Source: Candidatus Latescibacterota bacterium (GTDB taxonomy: Bacteria > Latescibacterota > UBA2968 > UBA8231). Taken from it: a stretch of 64,000 nt of DNA. Positions 10,049 through 17,853 of this stretch are shown one piece after another. Where the stretch lies: NCBI GenBank assembly GCA_965242865.1, contig CBDETK010000013.1, forward strand, positions 3,904,001 through 3,968,000. The letters run 5' to 3'. Position 1 is the stretch's first letter, and each line of letters begins with the position of its first letter. The translations under genes were made by a program, and so were the position numbers. Below the pieces are notes generated by a model, which was not told where the DNA came from, made no database searches, and saw only the letters and a program-made list of their open reading frames with translations.

Positions 10049-10195
10049 TCAGGCGACGCGATAACGCTCAACCACGTCCATATCCACCGTCTGGACGCGA
10101 CAGAGCGTGATGTCGTAGATCTTGGGATAGTAGCGGGCGATCGCTGGGATCGGGGGAATCTCGACTTCGCACAGCTCTACTTGGGTGATTTTCAC
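10049..10195 (-). pseudogene. Internally deleted mandelate racemase/enolase-family gene remnant (48 aa)
   Basis: RBS GAGGAGGT, GTG start, translation MKITQVELCEVEIPPIPAIARYYPKIYDITLCRVQT-VDMDVVERYRVA*: an enolase-type N-terminus joined to an enolase-type C-terminus. Confidence 0.65.
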
Positions 10196-10322
10196 AGGGG
10201 ACCTCCTCGGCCATAAGGTTGCCGTTGCGCGTGGTTTGTCAAAGGACTAGAATGATACCAAATTGCCGGGTAATCACAAAGCGTTTCGTCGAAGCCGTCC
10301 CTTTGCGAAGAATGGAGAATTT

Positions 10323-11135
10323 ATGCGACTCAAACTAGCGTGTGCTGATTTCACCTTTCCCATCTTGCCGCACGAGCAAGTGCTGCAACTCATCGCCATG
10401 CTGGGGCTGAAGGGCGTGGATATTGGGCTTTTCGAGGATCGCTCGCACTTGCGGCCTTCCACTGAGTTCAAAAACGTCCAACGCTCCGGGCGTGTCTTGG
10501 GGCAGAAGCTGGCGGACAACGGCCTAGTGGCCGCCGACCTGTTCCTGCAACTGGCCCTCGAATACGAGTCTCACGCGGTCAACCACCCTCAGCCCGAGCG
10601 CCGCGACCATGCGCGCGATGCCTTCCTCAAGGTGCTCGACTACGCGGCCGAGTGCAGCGGCAAGCACGTCACCGGCCTGCCCGGCGCTTTCTTCGCGAGC
10701 GAGCCAGAGCCTGATTCTACGGCCCGGGCGGCCGAGGAGCTGGCGTGGCGAGTGGAGCAGGCGCAGGCGCACGACATCGTCTTCGCCATAGAGCCGCACA
10801 TCGGTTCGCTCGCCAACACCCCCGACCGCGCCATCGCGCTGGTACAAGCCGTCCCGGGGCTGACCCTGACGCTCGACTACGGGCACTTCGTCCCGCGCGG
10901 CTTTGCGGCCGCCGAGGTCGAGCCGCTGCTCCAGCACGCCACTCACTTCCACGTGCGCGGCGTCAACAGCCACAGCGGCTCGGCCTCCTTGGCCGACAAC
11001 GCGCTCGACTGGCAGCGCGTTCTCCACGTCATGGAGCAAACGGGATACAGCGGCTGGCTCGAGTTGGAGTTCGGGGGCAACAACCTCACCGACACGGTCG
11101 CGTTCCGCGACTACTTGCGGACGCTCATGACCTAA
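10323..11135 (+). CDS. Sugar phosphate isomerase/epimerase (xylose isomerase-like TIM barrel)
   Basis: IEPHIGS, LTLDYGH, HFHVRG, GYSGWLELE metal-binding motifs; ATG 10323 after GGAG. Confidence 0.85.
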   Translation: MRLKLACADFTFPILPHEQVLQLIAMLGLKGVDIGLFEDRSHLRPSTEFKNVQRSGRVLGQKLADNGLVAADLFLQLALEYESHAVNHPQPERRDHARDAFLKVLDYAAECSGKHVTGLPGAFFASEPEPDSTARAAEELAWRVEQAQAHDIVFAIEPHIGSLANTPDRAIALVQAVPGLTLTLDYGHFVPRGFAAAEVEPLLQHATHFHVRGVNSHSGSASLADNALDWQRVLHVMEQTGYSGWLELEFGGNNLTDTVAFRDYLRTLMT

Positions 11136-11241
11136 CCGCGCGGTGCTCATGGCGAGGAACTCTTTGGCGAGTCAAGACGTCTTTTGACAAACCGGCTTCG
11201 CCTCGACCACACCACAACCTTTCCCATCCACGGAGTATATC

Positions 11242-11694
11242 ATGCTGACTCAATGCGTCCTCACGCTCACAGCCTTGGCCTTCTTATTCACCCCAGCCCC
11301 CTCCTTCGCCGGCCCCGTCCCGATAGAAGGCGAAGGCGACCCGGCCTTGTACGTGCTCAAAGTCCACGCCGATTGGTGCGGCTCCTGCAAGGCCCTAGCG
11401 CCCATTCTCAAAGAAGTCCAAGCCGAGGTGGCTGACCGGCCTGTCCTCTTCGTCGAATTGGACGTCACCGATTCAACGTTGACATCCCAAGCCCGTCTGC
11501 TCGCCGCGGCCCTCGACGTAGAAGACCACTTCAAGGCCAACAACAAAACCGGCCTCGTCCTGCTCATCAACGCGCAAGACCACACCCTGCTGGAAACGGT
11601 GACCAAGCAAAACTCCGCCACTGAGATCGTCGGCAAAATCGAAACGCACCTCGCCGCCCAAGCCGAGCAGAACGGGGCTGCCACTAGCCCCTAA
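11242..11694 (+). CDS. Exported thioredoxin-family protein
   Basis: Signal peptide and HADWCGSCK (WCxxC). Confidence 0.8.
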   Translation: MLTQCVLTLTALAFLFTPAPSFAGPVPIEGEGDPALYVLKVHADWCGSCKALAPILKEVQAEVADRPVLFVELDVTDSTLTSQARLLAAALDVEDHFKANNKTGLVLLINAQDHTLLETVTKQNSATEIVGKIETHLAAQAEQNGAATSP

Positions 11695-12119
11695 GTGCGC
11701 AACCCGCGCTCGGCCACCAAGGCGTGCAACCGCGCTAAAAACGGGGCGATGTCCGGCGGTTGGCCGGCCGCGTTGTGGAGGACGATGTCCGCACCCGTTG
11801 CGGCGTGGAACACGGTCGCGGCCGGCGACAGGCTGACCTTTTCGACCTCGGCCCACGTCAGCGTCTGCCGCCCAAACAGGCCCTCCTCCACGGTCACGCC
11901 CTCCGGCCCTAGCCAGACCAAGCGGCGATGGAGGCGATGGACGAAGAAGGCCGCCGCGCAGAACGCCGCCAGCCCACAGCCGAGCACCGCCAGCCCATAG
12001 CCGAAGCCGCCGCGCTGGAAAGCGATGGTGCTCAACAGCAACTGGCCAACGCCCAACAGGGCAAAAATTAGACGCTGGTTGGCGCCGGGACTGGTGGATA
12101 GGTCGAACCGTTCAGCCAT
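11691..12119 (-). CDS. Hypothetical membrane protein (2 TM + possible PH-like domain)
   Basis: Two hydrophobic helices then a G.T......W.EV pattern; host-like codon usage. Confidence 0.55.
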   Translation of the reverse strand: MAERFDLSTSPGANQRLIFALLGVGQLLLSTIAFQRGGFGYGLAVLGCGLAAFCAAAFFVHRLHRRLVWLGPEGVTVEEGLFGRQTLTWAEVEKVSLSPAATVFHAATGADIVLHNAAGQPPDIAPFLARLHALVAERGLRT

Positions 12120-12873
12120 GCGCGGTCCGCATCTTTAGCATCTCATCGTCCAGTCCATATCGAACCATATCGATCCGGTCGCTGTGCTGAGCAATAAAGG
12201 CACCAGTTGTCACCGAAAGATGGAACGGAAAAAACGCTGGATGCTTCAGCAATAAGCTCAGTGCTCCTTGGCCTTCGGGAGTAGTGTGCAATGCGGCCTC
12301 AAACATCAGCATAATCAAGCTATGATCTGCCAAGTTCATCGGCGCGGACCTTTCGTAGCAACCTTTAGCCTCAGCGTCTTTTAGTACTCCCCAAGCAACA
12401 AAGGAGCGGATGACGTAACGCGCATACCGGCTTATAGTGGACCGGTCACCGTACTGCTCCTTGAGACGATGGACGATTTGCGCTTGGGTGACTTGGTCTT
12501 GCAGTGTCAATAGGCGTCCCGTCTGCCACGCTACGTTGAACCAGAAAGGATAGACAGCCGTGATCATTCCCCAGTGAATGGCCAGTCCCATTGATGGATG
12601 TGTGCGGAGAAAGGCTAACGCTGAGTCTCTAAAAGCGACCAATTCGGGGGCTGGAGCGACCCAGATATTCACTAGGTTAGCAACGACGCATCTGCGGGTT
12701 TGCTCACTACGATCCCCTCTCGAGCCGCTCCCTTTCCGGTCAGTTAGGTAATCGTGCAGTTCTTAGCGGATCGCTTGGGTGCCAAGCCCAGCGAGCAGCA
12801 GACCGGCAGACTTTTGCATCCACTCAAAGCGGATGACCTGCTTGATTCCAATGACCTGATGTCGCTTGCCCAT
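12112..12873 (-). pseudogene. brxA: BREX-3 BrxA-like protein with premature stop codon
   Basis: ATG at 12873 (overlapping pglZ stop) reads MGKRHQVIGIKQVIRFEWMQK...AIR*ELHDYL...NLVNIWVAP, in frame with the 186-aa ORF; TAA at 12763-12765; HWGMITAVYPFW motif; last position in operon. Confidence 0.75.
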
Positions 12874-14873
12874 CACCGCGTTCTCCTTTCAAATCTCACT
12901 AAAGGCACGATGACTTCCTCAAGGGCGATTCCGCCGTGACCAACTATTGAATTGCCGGGGTTCCCAAACGCATCTCGGCCGCCAGCTACGAGGGGAAAGT
13001 AATTGTCGGGTAGGCCGACCAGCTCCCACTCGCAGGCCGATGTAAAGGCGGATGCTAGTTGTGAACGGAGTTCGGACGTTTGGTACACACGAGCTCTCGC
13101 ACCGCGTGTTTCCGCGAGCACTCCCTCACTAGGCCGCCCTTTGCCCTCGCATTCGATGTTGCCGTGATCGGATGTCAGCCATATATCATAGTCGTGATCC
13201 AATAGATAGTCGATGAGCTTCCCAAGATATCCGCCTCGGCACCACTGCGCGACCTGACCGTGCATACCCACAGACCCTAGCCGCATACCGTGCATTATCT
13301 TATCGACCATATCCACAACCAAGCCCACGGCCTTGGTCCGGCCGGGATTAACCGTTTTATCGAGGTCTTTACTTACGTCACCATTGCCTAATCCGCGCTT
13401 ATAGGCGATCTCAGGACGGGAAAGACCGTTGGCCATCCAGAATTGCTGCCAGAGCTTTTCTTCGCTAGCGGTCGAGTTAATGGATGCAGGAAAAAACTGC
13501 GGCGGCTTACCGGAAAAGATCGCCTGCCGGGATACGGAAGTTAGCGTCGGAATCCAAGCAAAGGTCGCGGACTCCCGCATGACGCAACCAATGTTTTGCC
13601 CATTTAGAACCTGGCGTACAGTCACCCACTGATCGAGGGAAAGGCCATCGGTCACAATCAGTGCAACGCGCTTTTCGTCAGAGTCTTCCATATCGCGAGC
13701 CAACCGTCGCGCCAAGTGATGTCCCATCGCGGGACGGATTGGCGGCAGGGTAATAAGGCTGGCGTAGTGCTCCCTCAGCCAACTGGCAAAGGTCCTGTTC
13801 AACTCATCGCCTATCTCTCGCCATTGGGATCGTTGTGTACTGATGCTTCCACAATGGATCAACGCAGAGAGTTCGGCCCATTTTAGCGCAAAGCCCGTCC
13901 AGTCGTCATAGCGAGATTCTACTGTCGGCAGCTTTTTCTCAACGAGTTCAAACAGACGGGAGATACGTTCCTCATCATCGCCTGCGTCGGCTTCGACGAC
14001 TCCGCAGCGAATCCACGGACTTGCATCTACATCTACAGCAAGGTTAGTCGCTTGAACAGGAACGAGCATTCCTTCGACGAACAGATTGTCGATGTAGATT
14101 CTGATATTTTGGTGCTCGAATGGCAGGAGGTCCGGCCCCTCATACTCAAGTTTATATTCGCGCCGACCTTCTCCAATCCGTTCAGCGTTGCCAAGCCTGT
14201 TTAGGAAAACCGGCCAGCGCTCCTGTAGGAACTCAAAAAACGCCTTATCGTCTGGTATGATTTCATCTAAAGGCCATGAATGAAACGCATGTTGCTGTCG
14301 CAGTACCTGCACGAGCCGATCAGTCAGTTCGTGAGGAACTTGGATTTTGCCGTAATGTAGGCGGAGCAAGGTGCTTAGAAGTTCTACCCCGTTGTCAATC
14401 TGCTCTGCCACGATGCCGAACACTTGGCGAAGAATGAAGTCCTTGGTGGCGTTCTCACCTAGGCGACCCGGCGGCAATTTGCACTGTGCGTCAAACAGGG
14501 AGTCGAGGAGGCTTAGGTCTAGTTTCTCGACGACTGGATAGCTCAGATCGGGAAAGAGCTTGCCAAGATTGAAGGATAGTTTCTTTCCGGCTTGCAGGAG
14601 GTCGTAAGGCAACGACGTTAGTTTTGTATCTTGACGGCGAAGAATGACCACCAGATCCGTGTACTCGCCGCGATCCCAAAGCGAACGGTATTTCGCCTCA
14701 TAAACATACCTGAACTCGACCGGATCTTTGAATTCGATGAGATCAAACCCGCGCCGACGCAACTCCAGTGCCAGTTTTTCTTCGGCTAAGAGGCTGTCTG
14801 GGTCGGCGACTACGGTGAGTTTGCTGACCTCGGGAACAAATTCGTTCAGGATAGAGTCTCGCCAGTTACTCAT
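12873..14873 (-). CDS. pglZ: BREX-3 system phosphatase PglZ
   Basis: Start MSNWRDSILNEF; VADPDSLL; PglZ domain IVTDGLSLDQW, PTLTSVSRQAIFSG, VDKIMHG, TSDHGN, HGGIALEEVIVP. Confidence 0.92.
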   Translation of the reverse strand: MSNWRDSILNEFVPEVSKLTVVADPDSLLAEEKLALELRRRGFDLIEFKDPVEFRYVYEAKYRSLWDRGEYTDLVVILRRQDTKLTSLPYDLLQAGKKLSFNLGKLFPDLSYPVVEKLDLSLLDSLFDAQCKLPPGRLGENATKDFILRQVFGIVAEQIDNGVELLSTLLRLHYGKIQVPHELTDRLVQVLRQQHAFHSWPLDEIIPDDKAFFEFLQERWPVFLNRLGNAERIGEGRREYKLEYEGPDLLPFEHQNIRIYIDNLFVEGMLVPVQATNLAVDVDASPWIRCGVVEADAGDDEERISRLFELVEKKLPTVESRYDDWTGFALKWAELSALIHCGSISTQRSQWREIGDELNRTFASWLREHYASLITLPPIRPAMGHHLARRLARDMEDSDEKRVALIVTDGLSLDQWVTVRQVLNGQNIGCVMRESATFAWIPTLTSVSRQAIFSGKPPQFFPASINSTASEEKLWQQFWMANGLSRPEIAYKRGLGNGDVSKDLDKTVNPGRTKAVGLVVDMVDKIMHGMRLGSVGMHGQVAQWCRGGYLGKLIDYLLDHDYDIWLTSDHGNIECEGKGRPSEGVLAETRGARARVYQTSELRSQLASAFTSACEWELVGLPDNYFPLVAGGRDAFGNPGNSIVGHGGIALEEVIVPLVRFERRTR

Positions 14874-14884
14874 TGAATCGTGTC

Positions 14885-15934
14885 TTATTCTGGTATCGAA
14901 AAATCGTTGTGATAAACGACAGATGCTAACTCGATACGGCCGTCGATACAGGCCCAATAGTGGAGATGGAACTCTTGATCTATATCGCGGCGCTGAGCCT
15001 TATCAGAACCACGCATACGCTGTGGATCATTTCCACCCTGTCCTATCCTGAGTGTGTGAACAGCGGACATGTTCTGGCCTTCAATTGTTTCGACTATAGA
15101 GCGGAGTATTTTTGGTGGTAAGGAATCCCCTGTATTATTGCAACATTGTTGGCAAGTTTCACGAAATTCAGGACCAATACTTGGGACTTGGATAGTTTCC
15201 CATTCTGGCTCCTCGCTTTGGGAAAGAGCCTGTTTGAACGAGGCGATTCGGATTGAAAGTTCAATTTCAAGATCGTCGGAAGCACCAACAAGTATCACCG
15301 ATTCGTTGAGGCACTCTATCAAGCCGCTAAAATCGTCGCATACCAGTACATCGCCTTCAAAAAATTCAGGCGGACAGGGTAACTCTGGAATATCATCTCT
15401 ATTGTGTTCGAGATCGTGAATTTGTGCTCTGACTTGAACGACTTGTTTTGGGGCTTTTCTTAGTACGAGAGAATGTCCCCCCAGAGGCTGTGGACAGTAC
15501 TTTCTCAAAACTGCAATCAGGATGATACAGCGTACTAAATCGGACCGGAGACCATCATGTACAGTAAGGTTAATAACGTCCGGCTCTGTTACAAGGTTTT
15601 CAGATAAAACTTCTTCGACTTGATAGCGGTTCTCGAAAGACGGAATGAGCGTCAGCAACTTTTCTGTAATCGTGGCAACAGTATTTACGTCGTACTCGAC
15701 GATTCTGTGCGCCTTAAAGAGTTTACGAAGATGCTCTCGAAATGGGTAAAGCTTATTAGAAATAAGGGCCTCTGACGCCCTTTCACTCATGTAGATGGCT
15801 ACCCATGTCTCATCAAGTAGTTTGCTCCAGTCTAGTAAGGTATCTACATACTGGAACGCATCATCTTTGGTACAGGAGACATGAGGGACGGCAAGAACAC
15901 TTGCATCGATTGTCACTCCGGGTAAACTCCTCAT
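14885..15934 (-). CDS. Hypothetical protein, possible C-terminal RelE/ParE-like toxin fold
   Basis: 349 aa, coupled (ATGA) to the upstream ATPase; C-terminus RRDIDQEFHLHYW...IELASVVYH resembles the RelE strand pattern; function inferred. Confidence 0.55.
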   Translation of the reverse strand: MRSLPGVTIDASVLAVPHVSCTKDDAFQYVDTLLDWSKLLDETWVAIYMSERASEALISNKLYPFREHLRKLFKAHRIVEYDVNTVATITEKLLTLIPSFENRYQVEEVLSENLVTEPDVINLTVHDGLRSDLVRCIILIAVLRKYCPQPLGGHSLVLRKAPKQVVQVRAQIHDLEHNRDDIPELPCPPEFFEGDVLVCDDFSGLIECLNESVILVGASDDLEIELSIRIASFKQALSQSEEPEWETIQVPSIGPEFRETCQQCCNNTGDSLPPKILRSIVETIEGQNMSAVHTLRIGQGGNDPQRMRGSDKAQRRDIDQEFHLHYWACIDGRIELASVVYHNDFSIPE

Positions 15935-17850
15935 CGGTCTTCCTTCCGACTGGCTTTTCTCTTTTTAGCGGCAGCACGAAGGATTTCCTCCGCCTGCTCC
16001 TGCGATTGGTCAAAAAATCCCTCAGGCCAGTCGGAAATAGCACCATATTCGTTAATTACTACTTCCCGGAAGGATGAGCTTTCGGCTGGCTTTTCGACAA
16101 AGTAGATTTTTGCTTGGTTGTTCAATTCGTTTTCTGAGGATGCCGCAGCAATTCGGAATCTTAGGCGGTCAATAAAGTATTCACTGTGGGTCTCGACGAT
16201 GCACTGTTTATTACATAACGCCATAGAGAGGAAGAAGTCTCCCAACAAGGTCTGAACCTTTGGATGTAGATGTAGCTCTGGCTGTTCAAACACTAGGGTT
16301 GAGTCGGTATCGGCCAAGAGGCCCATCACCAAGATAGGAAGAACCTGACTTACACCAACGCCGACATGTGTAAGGTCGTGAGTGCTATCTGAGCCGGAAA
16401 GTGCCACCTTCAGTTCATGACCCAGCTTACCTTGGTCTCGACTCTTTACAGACTTCGCGACTTTAAGATATTGGAGCCAGTCAACCACCGCGACTTCAAG
16501 TTTTCTGATGACCTTTCTACTATCTATGAGCGAGGATTTGAAATTGGCTGAAGGTATATACTTGATTTTTTTGTTTTTATGTAGCTCAAGAATTGAGGCC
16601 GTGTGCTCCCCACGCAGACCGACATCATACGGATCGGCTGCTGGAGTAAGAGGATATAAAGGCTTTGGAGCATCCCTTAAAGGTCCGAGGTATTTTAACG
16701 ATGAGGTAAAGAAATCATCTAAGTAACCTGTGGCCTCAGCAATCAAATGAGGCGGGTGAACTTGTACGAATCTGCGAGACTCAGACATCGAATCATTAGA
16801 AGCCTTCATTGCCTCATAAATTAATTCGGAAAGGTCATTCTGCGCTCTCAGTATTCGTTGGACGTTCTCTCGGCCTTCATCAGACAGTTTGAGAAAATTA
16901 TCATGCCAAGTACTAAGTTTCATTCCCTCTGAACCTATACCCGTACCCAGCAACATTTCTTGTTGAGGCTCATCGTCGAAAAACTTATCAAAGTCGATAG
17001 TGTCCTCCAGAACATTCTGCAAAACAGCAATTACTTCCTGAGTAAGAAGGATATCTCTCCTTGGGACACTCCTATACCTGACAGACCTACGGCCGGTGTT
17101 CGTCAGAAAACGAGCTATTTCGTTGGCATCCTCTTCGATTGTATCAATTTCGCAAGTAATTCGCTCAGAAAGAAAATGACGCATAACGCATCCTATGGGC
17201 CGTGCCGACATGAGATCCTCTTTCATCTCGGCCATAGAGCTATCATCAAAATCGACCTCGTACGCCATACTGGCGCGTACTGATTCATCTCGTTCACTTA
17301 TAGTACCTATTTCATCAGTTTCAGAGACATTCTTCTCAGAATGGCGAATAGAGATTTTAGCCTCTTGATCGACATTATCCTCGTCCCTGATCGTACAGGA
17401 TAACTGCGTTGCAAAAAGTCTCGGTTGTACCTGAAATTCGTCTCGCTGGGAGCTTGAGGGAGCAGCGTCAAAAGATAATTCGCAGGCGATCTTTTGAAAC
17501 TGCTTGATCCACGGATAGTAGTAGATATAGCTAGTGCGACGAGATCTGCTCGCTAACGATTTCTTCTGTCCAGATAGAGGACGACAAGTGCATCCGATGG
17601 TTATTTGCTCCGACTCGCTGCCGTTCGATTTCAAATCGTCAAACTGACCAAGGCTAGTAAGCGCACCGTTCAAAACAACCGATCTGGAATCGACTTTATG
17701 AGCCAGCGTTTGAGCAACGAGTAGAATCGATTGGATAAACGTACTCTTGCCGCTACTATTCGCACCAGCGAAAATTGTTAGCGGTCCAAGATCCAATTCG
17801 GTGTCCTCGCGAATTGACTTGAAGTTGGATACCTTCCATTTGGTAATCAT
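15931..17850 (-). CDS. ABC-type (AAA_15/AAA_21) ATPase with DUF3696-like C-terminus
   Basis: NFKS, Walker A GANSSGKS, YLGPLR, signature VGVGVSQVLP, Walker B FEQPELHLHP, ETHSEY, WPEGFFDQ. Confidence 0.9.
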   Translation of the reverse strand: MITKWKVSNFKSIREDTELDLGPLTIFAGANSSGKSTFIQSILLVAQTLAHKVDSRSVVLNGALTSLGQFDDLKSNGSESEQITIGCTCRPLSGQKKSLASRSRRTSYIYYYPWIKQFQKIACELSFDAAPSSSQRDEFQVQPRLFATQLSCTIRDEDNVDQEAKISIRHSEKNVSETDEIGTISERDESVRASMAYEVDFDDSSMAEMKEDLMSARPIGCVMRHFLSERITCEIDTIEEDANEIARFLTNTGRRSVRYRSVPRRDILLTQEVIAVLQNVLEDTIDFDKFFDDEPQQEMLLGTGIGSEGMKLSTWHDNFLKLSDEGRENVQRILRAQNDLSELIYEAMKASNDSMSESRRFVQVHPPHLIAEATGYLDDFFTSSLKYLGPLRDAPKPLYPLTPAADPYDVGLRGEHTASILELHKNKKIKYIPSANFKSSLIDSRKVIRKLEVAVVDWLQYLKVAKSVKSRDQGKLGHELKVALSGSDSTHDLTHVGVGVSQVLPILVMGLLADTDSTLVFEQPELHLHPKVQTLLGDFFLSMALCNKQCIVETHSEYFIDRLRFRIAAASSENELNNQAKIYFVEKPAESSSFREVVINEYGAISDWPEGFFDQSQEQAEEILRAAAKKRKASRKEDR

Positions 17851-17853
17851 TAG

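Noticed and set aside
12754-12775. Stop-codon reassignment or readthrough explaining the brxA TAA
   Set aside because: TAA ends many normal genes in this window (e.g. arsC, purN, hemB), so a nonsense mutation is simpler.
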